DNA of 64,000 nt from a virus. The position numbers and the translations under genes were made by a program. Under the pieces are notes generated by a model. It saw nothing but the letters and a program-made list of their open reading frames with translations. It was not told where the DNA came from and did no database searches. The stretch spans positions 12,332-76,331 of IMG/VR virus record IMGVR_UViG_3300030329_006602; one strand, given 5' to 3'. How positions within the stretch are numbered: the first letter of the stretch is position 1; every line of letters begins with the position of its first letter. Positions 19,576-27,654 of this stretch are shown here, piece by piece.

Positions 19576-20080
19576 TTGCTAGCGCTCCTTCCTTTTTTAG
19601 GATCCAACTGGAATCTGAAAAAATCTCAGGTTTAATGCCTATAACGGTATCAATGGACCGCTGAACCTCCGTATAATAATCGTGCCCACTTAAGTAACCT
19701 CCGTCTTTAATTAAAGGAAGGGATAACTTAATGTCTTCCCTTACAGCCTCGTAATCATGCATTCCATCAATGTAAATTAGATCAAAGGATTGTGGCTGAA
19801 ACTGTTGTGTTATTTCATTGAATCTACCCTGGTGGTGCACTATGTTGAGTAGTCCTTTTAGTCGCGGTGGCGCCGCCTGCACGTCGATTGTGTGAACTAC
19901 TGCGGCGTACTGCGCAAACAGTTCAGCACTTACTCCTTGATGGCATCCCAACTCTAGTATTACGCTCTGGGGGCTCACATATTTAAGGCATAAATCGTTG
20001 AGGCCGTGGAGTAGGTTGTACCCCTGATCAGCTCCTCCACCCTCCATTCTTTCTTGGTCTAAGTTAAGTGATAGTGGCAT
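19568..20080 (-). CDS. SAM methyltransferase (Methyltransf_24)
   Basis: LELGC.QG.S; DLIYIDGMHDY; GG.LSGHDY. Confidence 0.85.
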   Translation of the reverse strand: MPLSLNLDQERMEGGGADQGYNLLHGLNDLCLKYVSPQSVILELGCHQGVSAELFAQYAAVVHTIDVQAAPPRLKGLLNIVHHQGRFNEITQQFQPQSFDLIYIDGMHDYEAVREDIKLSLPLIKDGGYLSGHDYYTEVQRSIDTVIGIKPEIFSDSSWILKKEGALASG

Positions 20081-21044
20081 CGTAATACTCCCTTATATTT
20101 CTTATAAAGTTTTTCCCTGTGCAAAGCTTGTATGCTTCTAGTCCTTTTTGTCTCATTGTTTCTTCTTGTTGTGGTGTAATGCGGGCGAGAATTTGCCGTA
20201 ATTGATAGTAATCTTTTTCGGGTATTTTTACAGTGCATTCATCCCAGTTGACCCCTCTTATTGTAGGGAACATCATGGTGTCTGCTAGGATTACGGGTAT
20301 AGCCCCGCTCCCTAAGCTCTCTAGAAAGCGAATGGAGGTAGGTCCCGTACCCGAGGGACACAAGGAAAATCGTGAGCGCGTTAATATCTTTTCATAAAAT
20401 TTGGACTTTTCTTCATTGATGTATTTTTGCACCGCAGACGTCGGAGCGCCGAGGATTTGGTCGCCGTATACATCGCTGTCAAACTGCCATCCTTTGCGTT
20501 CTATTATTACCGCATTTGTTTCGTGATCATCTTTAAATATTTTGTCTCTTATTTTGGATATGTGTTTGGGGCCGTAGGAGCCAATGAAGGAATAGAATAC
20601 GTCTTTGGTGTGGGTTGGTGTTCCTATGAATACGGGGGCTAGGAAAATTGTGTCTATGGTAATTCCATCGATAGTAGGGGCAGTTCCATCGGAGTGATAG
20701 TAAAACTCTTTTGTCGTGTAGCCCGACTTCGCTACCATATGGGAAGCAAAGAGAGTTTTTATTCCCATCGTTTTTAGAATGGGGAGGATAGTGTGAAAAC
20801 GGTCATGCTGGCAGACCGTAAAGCCGTTTTTGACTTGTAGCTCTTGTAGCTCTTGGATATAGCGACCAGCTTTTTCCTTATCGGCCCGTGTGCCGAAATC
20901 TAATTTGTCTATTAAGGTGGACCACGCAACCGCCACATACGTTACATCCGCCCGAAGGGGAACCTTCTTAAGGAGATCGTAAGTATTTTTTTCGGTTAGT
21001 ACGGGTTTTTGCCATTCATAGATATCCTGATGGACAATTTCCAT
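20064..21044 (-). CDS. GT47 exostosin-family glycosyltransferase
   Basis: SFIG..IR; SRFSLCPSG.G..S.R..ES...GAIPVILAD. Confidence 0.82.
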   Translation of the reverse strand: MEIVHQDIYEWQKPVLTEKNTYDLLKKVPLRADVTYVAVAWSTLIDKLDFGTRADKEKAGRYIQELQELQVKNGFTVCQHDRFHTILPILKTMGIKTLFASHMVAKSGYTTKEFYYHSDGTAPTIDGITIDTIFLAPVFIGTPTHTKDVFYSFIGSYGPKHISKIRDKIFKDDHETNAVIIERKGWQFDSDVYGDQILGAPTSAVQKYINEEKSKFYEKILTRSRFSLCPSGTGPTSIRFLESLGSGAIPVILADTMMFPTIRGVNWDECTVKIPEKDYYQLRQILARITPQQEETMRQKGLEAYKLCTGKNFIRNIREYYDATIT

Positions 21045-21520
21045 TATTCGAGACAAATCTCGGAAACATAAAAAGCAGCTCCTTTATAGCCAATAAATTT
21101 AAGAAGTTTTGCAGACTTGAGATCGCACTTAGAGGGCTCCATTGTGAGAGCATCTAAGGCTACCGTGACGGTATGTTCTTCTCCTGACCCTGCGTCAAGC
21201 ATATCTAATTCAAAATCTCCCGACTCTTCTCCACTCTCATCCTCTAGTCTAATAAGGCCCCCACATTCCTCATCCGTGTAGACTGTAAATTTTAACACGT
21301 TAAACTCCGTAACATCCAAGGGGTCCCAGGAGCTCTGGAGGGGAATTGCACACGCAAACCAATCTTGTTTAGAGGTTGAATCGTGTACGAGCTTAAGTCG
21401 AGGGACTCCCTGGGCAACTTCAATGGGTACTTTTTCAGGATCAAGGGTGGTGGCTAAATTAGTTGACCAACTATTCTTTAATTCTTTTGCTAAACACAGT
21501 GCTGGGTTAAAAATATCCAT
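21044..21520 (-). CDS. Putative carbohydrate-binding (galactose-binding-like) domain protein
   Basis: W..LDV.EF..LKF.V..IRL.D beta-sandwich pattern. Confidence 0.45.
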   Translation of the reverse strand: MDIFNPALCLAKELKNSWSTNLATTLDPEKVPIEVAQGVPRLKLVHDSTSKQDWFACAIPLQSSWDPLDVTEFNVLKFTVYTDEECGGLIRLEDESGEESGDFELDMLDAGSGEEHTVTVALDALTMEPSKCDLKSAKLLKFIGYKGAAFYVSEICLE

Positions 21521-22925
21521 AAGTTTCTATTAGTTCTAATAATCCGTCATCATTAATGAATGAGACTCTGTCGATATTACTGAATTTTTGATTATTTTCT
21601 ATATAAAAATTAAAGGGAGAGGCGTTAATATTGTCTGTCTTGAGTGCTACATAGTCTGGTCTTATTATTTTGTCGTGGGTTCTGAGTTGTTCTTTTATAT
21701 GGTTTATTTGTTTAATTGTAATGGGTGCTGCCGTATCTGACAAGACAATTAGGTACTCGTGATCGCTGAAATAATGCCGTAGGAGGTTGAGGATTGCGTT
21801 TTTTTGATCTAATTTTTCTACGTTGCGGTTGGTGGGGCGGATAGGTAGGTATCCTATGTGGTTTATATATCTTTTGAGCTGGGTTTCTCCACGGAGATAT
21901 TCACAGAAAACGGCTTCTATTTTACCCTGTAAAAACGAGAGATTTCTGAGATTTTTAGTTAGAGAACGGGTGGCAGGGGAGCTTATTTTGTCTTTAAGTA
22001 AAACCACTGCGCAGTTTTTTTGCAACGATATGAGTTCATCCTCCATTAGACCGTACTCTATGGCCTGATAGTATAGCCTTTTATTGTGTTTCCCTGCTGG
22101 CGAAAGGTTATCCTCGTCCCATTGTTGGGGGTGCATTAAATGGTATAAATCTTCTGTGTTTTGATTAACTGGGTGGGCTTGTTTGAGTATGCCTGAAACC
22201 GCCGTGTCCCAATGAGGTTCTCCTATTATAAAGTCGGGAAGTAAATCTAAAGTTTGGGTTAGCATTTCTTTGGTGAGTGCTATGCCGTCTACCCCAATTT
22301 CATAGTGGCTAAATGGTTGGGAAAATATGTCTTCATAATTATCTACGGGGGGGATATCGCGCCTCATGAATTCTGTGATGGGGTCTCTTGTTTTAATTAA
22401 TTTTTTATAGATAGATGGGTGAACAGGGCAGTCCAAATTGGAGTATAGGATGACATCTCCTTTGTTGGCTAATGAAGAGGCTGCTTGAAGCATGTCCTTG
22501 AGGTAGGCTGTGTCAATGGGGTTGTTTAGTTCACTCCGCGCCGTACGGGTTAAGCGTCTAGTTTGCCAACCCTTTCGGGCAATATTTTCTGAAACACACC
22601 CTAATAGTATAACATCTTTTGTTTTTGCTCGCTCTATTGATTCAAGGGCTAGCTCTATTCTATTGGCTAAATTAGGATTACGAGCTTGGCGGGGTAAGAT
22701 TAAGTTTACTACGTGAATAACCTTACGTTTTTTGCGGGGAATAAAAACTTGGACAGGGGGAGAATTAACTATGAAGTCGAAAGTCTTTTTTGGGGGCTTA
22801 AAGCAAAACTTCCACAACCATCTGTGCCACTTTTTCTCGGAGCGTTTAAGAAATTGATGTTCTCTGTCTAGTTTATTTAGTTTTTTATCTAGCCAGTTTT
22901 CTAGTTTTTGCAGGAAGGTAGACAT
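21507..22925 (-). CDS. Hypothetical glycosyltransferase-like protein
   Basis: YSNLD; GVDG; PDF.IGEP.WD; YHLMH. Confidence 0.5.
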   Translation of the reverse strand: MSTFLQKLENWLDKKLNKLDREHQFLKRSEKKWHRWLWKFCFKPPKKTFDFIVNSPPVQVFIPRKKRKVIHVVNLILPRQARNPNLANRIELALESIERAKTKDVILLGCVSENIARKGWQTRRLTRTARSELNNPIDTAYLKDMLQAASSLANKGDVILYSNLDCPVHPSIYKKLIKTRDPITEFMRRDIPPVDNYEDIFSQPFSHYEIGVDGIALTKEMLTQTLDLLPDFIIGEPHWDTAVSGILKQAHPVNQNTEDLYHLMHPQQWDEDNLSPAGKHNKRLYYQAIEYGLMEDELISLQKNCAVVLLKDKISSPATRSLTKNLRNLSFLQGKIEAVFCEYLRGETQLKRYINHIGYLPIRPTNRNVEKLDQKNAILNLLRHYFSDHEYLIVLSDTAAPITIKQINHIKEQLRTHDKIIRPDYVALKTDNINASPFNFYIENNQKFSNIDRVSFINDDGLLELIETYGYF

Positions 22926-23011
22926 CGCTTATTATAGTAAGCCCGAGCGCTAGAGCTTCTACCGAAAATCCTAGGATCCCGTTATGAAGAGATTGTTTGG
23001 GTGCGCAGGAG

Positions 23012-23098
23012 TTAAGCGTGAGTGGGTGCCCTCACTAGTAAGGCGGCGCTTTGCTTAATGACTAAAGCTCCTAATTTTTTGATAATTATTGCCGCCAT
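23012..23098 (-). CDS. Possible 28-aa peptide MAAIIIKKLGALVIKQSAALLVRAPTHA
   Basis: ATG 6 nt after the holin-like stop; fills intergenic gap. Confidence 0.35.
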   Translation of the reverse strand: MAAIIIKKLGALVIKQSAALLVRAPTHA

Positions 23099-23104
23099 AA
23101 TTCA

Positions 23105-23539
23105 CTACCTTCTTTTACTGGGAATGGCGTAGAATCCAACCACCATAAAGCATAAATCCATGAATGACATCAATAGTAACCCTCCTGTCATCCTAACCAT
23201 TTCCCAGTCATTGCCTCCAAAGAGCCAACTAAATATTCCCCATTTAGCATTGGAGCCCCTTGGTACGAGTACATCATAGGTAATATGAGGATTCATTGCG
23301 TAATAAATCATTAGGAAGCACATTGTCATGGTAATACTAAGAAAGAGTACTCGTCTCGTAGCCTTTACGAAAGGGTCTTTCGCTTGTTGGGCTTGGTTGT
23401 CTAGGAGAGCTGTAACTATTTTGTCATCTCGCGCGGCGAGAAGTAGTTGGTCTTGTCTTTTTTGTTCCAACCAGCTGTTTATGAGGTTTGCGGCGAGCTT
23501 GATTCCTGCACCTATAATAGTATTTAGTATTGGTCCCAT
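23105..23539 (-). CDS. Holin-like membrane protein
   Basis: Amphipathic N-terminus, two TMs, basic C-terminus (..GFY..KRR). Confidence 0.5.
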   Translation of the reverse strand: MGPILNTIIGAGIKLAANLINSWLEQKRQDQLLLAARDDKIVTALLDNQAQQAKDPFVKATRRVLFLSITMTMCFLMIYYAMNPHITYDVLVPRGSNAKWGIFSWLFGGNDWEMVRMTGGLLLMSFMDLCFMVVGFYAIPSKRR

Positions 23540-23542
23540 ATT

Positions 23543-24190
23543 TTATCCTGCACTCACATGTAATGCCGTTCCTTGTCGGAAAAGCTGTCCCCTATTATTG
23601 GGGTCACTACTCGGCAGGGTATAGTAATTAATAAAGACTCCAGTTCCACTCGCCATAAAGAGATAGTCTCCCGTATCCCAGGCTCCTGTTCCTACTTGAA
23701 CTCCGAAATTAGACTGCATAACCCCACTTTCAGTGTCCGTGGGGCCTGCCCCGCTCACATGTAAATGATGATCGGGGGTAAAGGTGCCTCCTACAGCAAC
23801 GCGATCATTGGCATAATCATAGGTTAGTCCCGAGGCTCCCTGTAGTGTGTTGCCTGAATTAAATTGAAATTGAGGTTCACTCCCGCCAATTGGATTAGGG
23901 TTTCCCGTATAACCTACAGCAACCCGAGAAGTGCTGGAATCAACTATGGTATAAACATCTCCTGAGCCGCTTATAGATAAGAGGTTATTAAACCCATTTA
24001 ATTCCCAAACTCCCTCGTTGCCTGTCACCCCACTAAGGGCCGTAGGGGCCCCATCTTCTAAAATGGCACCGCTTATATCTCCTATGGCGAATCGACGCTC
24101 GCCATCTGCTGCGGCAGTATTGTACCCAACTACAAATTGACCAGTTTGTGGGTTGCCTTCCTGTGTAAACTCTCCGAAATTCTTTGGCAT
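23543..24190 (-). CDS. Virion/tail-fibre-like protein
   Basis: QFQFNSG..GASGLTYD; C-terminal LPSSDP..GQLF..LHVSAG; GTGTA box. Confidence 0.65.
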   Translation of the reverse strand: MPKNFGEFTQEGNPQTGQFVVGYNTAAADGERRFAIGDISGAILEDGAPTALSGVTGNEGVWELNGFNNLLSISGSGDVYTIVDSSTSRVAVGYTGNPNPIGGSEPQFQFNSGNTLQGASGLTYDYANDRVAVGGTFTPDHHLHVSGAGPTDTESGVMQSNFGVQVGTGAWDTGDYLFMASGTGVFINYYTLPSSDPNNRGQLFRQGTALHVSAG

Positions 24191-24292
24191 CTCACTTTTA
24201 TATACACTAATCGCGCGAGGGCCAGAATTTAAAATGCTATTTTTATGCTATCCTGTGTATTTTCAGTCTATATCGTCCACTGCTGCTGGGTT

Positions 24293-25252
24293 TTATTTTT
24301 TATTTTTTTTATTTTTCTTAAACCATTCGTAAGTGAGGTTTAAGCCTTGTTTTAGGCTAGTTTTTTGAGAAATACCTAGCTGAGAGGCCCTTGAGACGTC
24401 CATTAGCTTGCGCATAGTGCCATCAGGCTTGCTCGAATCGAAGGAAATATCCCCTTTGAAGCCTGTAACTTCTTTAATCTTTAGGGCCAGCTCTTTAATG
24501 GTAATATCGGTGCCTGATCCTATGTTTAATTGGGAGATTCCTAAATTATATATGTCTGAAGCCTCAATTTTCTCCAGGCATGTAACTATGGCAGTAGCCA
24601 GGTCATCCACCAGCAGAAATTCTCTGCGTGGGGCGCCGCTTCCCCAAATTTCCACACTGCCCATCCCTTTTTCCTTGGCCTCATGGAACTTGCGCAATAA
24701 AGCGGGGAGTACATGGGAGGTTTGTAGGTCAAAGTGGTCATTGATGCCATAAAGGTTGCATGGCATTAAGGAATAGAAGTTACAGTCATGTTGGTGGTAA
24801 AAGCTTTCGCATAATTTAATTCCTGCGATTTTAGCTACGGCGTAAGGTTCGTTAGTGGGTTCCAGGGGTCCTGTAAGTAGGGATTCCTCGGTAATGGGTT
24901 GAGGGGCCTGCGTGGGGTAGATACAAGAGGATCCTAGAAAGATCAGTTTCTTCGTTGCCGTTTCTTTTGCTGCCTGAATTACATTTGTCTCTATCTGTAG
25001 ATTATTGTATAAAAAATCCCCTCTAAAGGTGTTATTGGCGAGTATGCCGCCCACGGTCGCTGCAGCTATAACGACATAGCGAGGCTTGTACGCCTGAAAA
25101 AAGGCCCCTACTGACTTTTGATTTCTTAAATCGAGATTAGTGCTTGAGACATAAAGAATATTCGTATAACCCCGATCCTCTAACTCACGGACCACCGCTG
25201 AACCCACCATTCCGTTGTGGCCCGCCACGTATATAGCTGCATTTTTATCCAT
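24293..25252 (-). CDS. fcl: GDP-L-fucose synthase
   Basis: AGHNGMVGSA; AAA.VGGI.AN; GSSCIYP; LEPTNEPYAVAK; SHVLPAL. Confidence 0.95.
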   Translation of the reverse strand: MDKNAAIYVAGHNGMVGSAVVRELEDRGYTNILYVSSTNLDLRNQKSVGAFFQAYKPRYVVIAAATVGGILANNTFRGDFLYNNLQIETNVIQAAKETATKKLIFLGSSCIYPTQAPQPITEESLLTGPLEPTNEPYAVAKIAGIKLCESFYHQHDCNFYSLMPCNLYGINDHFDLQTSHVLPALLRKFHEAKEKGMGSVEIWGSGAPRREFLLVDDLATAIVTCLEKIEASDIYNLGISQLNIGSGTDITIKELALKIKEVTGFKGDISFDSSKPDGTMRKLMDVSRASQLGISQKTSLKQGLNLTYEWFKKNKKNKK

Positions 25253-26285
25253 TGGAAAGGAGTTCGTGGTCTCTTCTGTACATTTTACTTACTAACTCCT
25301 TGAAGTTTGTTTTTCTCTTCCATCCCAGTTCATTTTCTGCCCTAGATGGGTCCCCGCAAAGTTCGTGCACTTCAGCTGGCCTGTAAAACTTTGGGTCCAC
25401 TTCAAATATTAGCTCCTGAGTGTGTGAGTCGAAGAGTTTTTCCTGCTCTCCGTGTCCCGTGGAATAAAAGGTTATTTTTGCGGCGTCGAGAGATAATTCC
25501 AGAAACTCTCTCACTGTGTGCATTTCTCCACTAGCCAGTACATAATTCTCTGGATCTTTTTTCTGATTAAGCATTAGCCAGACGCCCTCCATAAAATCTT
25601 CCGCGTCACTCCAATCTCTCTGGGCCTCAAGGTTCCCGAGGGTAAGTACTGGAATCTTCGTCTCGCGTTCTAGCGCTAGTTTTATTTTAGCTACACCGTT
25701 AGTGATTTTTCGGGTAACAAAATCAAGCCCTCTTCTTACGCCTTCGTGGTTAAAGAGCCATCCTTGAACTGCATACAATCCATATGATTCTTTATAGACT
25801 CTTACAATGTGGCGAGCGGCGCACTTTGCGGCACCATATGGAGATTGGGGTCTAAGAGGGTGATCCTCGTCCTGGGGCGAGCTAATAACATCCCCGAACT
25901 CTTCGGAAGATCCCGCGTTGTAAAACCTACAGTTGGGAGCAAAGCGCCTAATGGACTCCAGTATATGTAGTACGGCATCAGAGTCGGTCACCCAGGTTTG
26001 AATAGGATAATCCCAACTCCCCGCCACAAACGATTGGGCCGCAAAATTAATAAAGTAATCTGGCTGGTGTTCGATTATAACATCCCTGATACTATGTGCA
26101 TCGTTGAGGTCCATGTTTAGGAGTTTAAAGCGGGGTTCTCCTTCGAGGTGGAGAATGTTTTCGTGGTTTTTTACGCTGAGTCGTCGAACTGTGCCAAATA
26201 TTTGGTGGTCGGTATGGGCTAATAGATAGTCAACCATGTGACTACCGTCTTGTCCTGTTACTCCTGTTACTATAATTTTTTTCAC
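25245..26285 (-). CDS. gmd: GDP-mannose 4,6-dehydratase (start GTG 26285)
   Basis: TGVTGQDGS; AAQSFV; SPYGAAK; LFNHE; FVTRKIT; RPAEV. Confidence 0.95.
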   Translation of the reverse strand: MKKIIVTGVTGQDGSHMVDYLLAHTDHQIFGTVRRLSVKNHENILHLEGEPRFKLLNMDLNDAHSIRDVIIEHQPDYFINFAAQSFVAGSWDYPIQTWVTDSDAVLHILESIRRFAPNCRFYNAGSSEEFGDVISSPQDEDHPLRPQSPYGAAKCAARHIVRVYKESYGLYAVQGWLFNHEGVRRGLDFVTRKITNGVAKIKLALERETKIPVLTLGNLEAQRDWSDAEDFMEGVWLMLNQKKDPENYVLASGEMHTVREFLELSLDAAKITFYSTGHGEQEKLFDSHTQELIFEVDPKFYRPAEVHELCGDPSRAENELGWKRKTNFKELVSKMYRRDHELLSNG

Positions 26286-27220
26286 TTTTCTAGAATTAAT
26301 TGTTTGAGGCCTGTGGAGAACTGTATACGTGGAGACCAACCCAACTGGGCCTTGATCTTTGTGTTGTCTATGGCGTACCTCCAGTCATGTCCTAATCTGT
26401 CCTTTACAAATTGTATTTGATTTTCGCCTTTTTTCAATAAAGAAAGTATGTTTTTTACAATGTCCACATTTCTTACTTCATTGTCTCCTCCTATGTTATA
26501 GACTTCTCCAGCTTCTCCCCTGTGTAGTACCTCATCTATTGCAGAGCAATGATCTAGAACATGTATCCAGTCTCTGATATTACGGCCATCCCCGTAAACT
26601 GGAAGCTTATTCCCAGCCTTTGCATTCTTAATCATTAAGGGGATTAGCTTTTCCTCGTGTTGGTTTGGTCCATAATTATTTGAGCATCGAGTGAGTAGAA
26701 TTGGATACTTAAAGGTTTCATAAAAGCTTCGACATAGTAGGTCTGCCGCAGCCTTGCTGGCGGAATAGGGGCTGTTGGGTTGGAGGGGCGTGTTTTCGGT
26801 AAAAGGTGAATCTCCCTCTTTTAAGCTTCCGTAGACTTCATCTGTCGATACCTGTAAGTATCTTTTTATGGTTGAACAGTCGTGTAACAGGTTTAATAGG
26901 GAATGTGTGCCGTTTATGTTTGTCTTTATGAACGGCCCTGAGTCCTTGATGCTGTTGTCAACATGGCTTTCTGCAGCAAAATGAACAATAAGGTTTATGT
27001 TGTTGTCTTTTACGAGCTTTTTGATAACTTCGTGGTCGTTAATGTCGCATTTAACGAAATTGTATCTTTTGCTTTTTTTAATTTCCTCGCTTAGTCGGTC
27101 GAGGCTGGCTGCGTAGGTGAGGGAGTCTATGTTCCAAATATTATAATTATACTTTTGGAATATATGGGTGATGAAATTACTCCCAATGAAGCCGTAGCCG
27201 CCTGTAACTAATAGATTCAT
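26282..27220 (-). CDS. rmlB: dTDP-glucose 4,6-dehydratase
   Basis: TGG.GFIGSN; AAESHVD; STDEVYG; PNSPYSASKA; RCSNNYGP. Confidence 0.95.
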   Translation of the reverse strand: MNLLVTGGYGFIGSNFITHIFQKYNYNIWNIDSLTYAASLDRLSEEIKKSKRYNFVKCDINDHEVIKKLVKDNNINLIVHFAAESHVDNSIKDSGPFIKTNINGTHSLLNLLHDCSTIKRYLQVSTDEVYGSLKEGDSPFTENTPLQPNSPYSASKAAADLLCRSFYETFKYPILLTRCSNNYGPNQHEEKLIPLMIKNAKAGNKLPVYGDGRNIRDWIHVLDHCSAIDEVLHRGEAGEVYNIGGDNEVRNVDIVKNILSLLKKGENQIQFVKDRLGHDWRYAIDNTKIKAQLGWSPRIQFSTGLKQLILEK

Positions 27221-27654
27221 TTATTCTGGGATATCTCGGGGTTTTGTTTTAGGGTCTGGATAGTAATAAGATCTTTTAGGCGCGTTGTAGACCATTCGTG
27301 AGATCGAGTGGTGTAGATTACCTTTGGGGGTAAATCATCCCCAGTGAAACTCCTTCCTATGTAGTCTTCTCCTAAGATTCTTATGTCGGGCTTCCAGAAT
27401 TTAATGAGATTAATTAATTCCTCTTCTGTTTGGTACATATATACGTCGTCAATGTATCTGATCGCCATTAGAGTCTTGTATCGTTCGTAATAGGGAATTA
27501 CGGGCTTGTATTTAGTATATCTTGTTTCCGACGGGTCTCGTTGTAAAAATACAAAGAATTTGTCGCAGTGGCGCTTGGCCTCTTCAAAGGTATAAATGTA
27601 GCCTGGGTGAAGTAAGTCAAAGTTTCCAGCCGTGAAGCCAATTGTTTCTTTCAT
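27217..27654 (-). CDS. Cytidylyltransferase-like (TagD/RfaE domain)
   Basis: GNFDLLHPGY; ER; GEDY; R.H.WSTT. Confidence 0.85.
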   Translation of the reverse strand: MKETIGFTAGNFDLLHPGYIYTFEEAKRHCDKFFVFLQRDPSETRYTKYKPVIPYYERYKTLMAIRYIDDVYMYQTEEELINLIKFWKPDIRILGEDYIGRSFTGDDLPPKVIYTTRSHEWSTTRLKDLITIQTLKQNPEISQNK

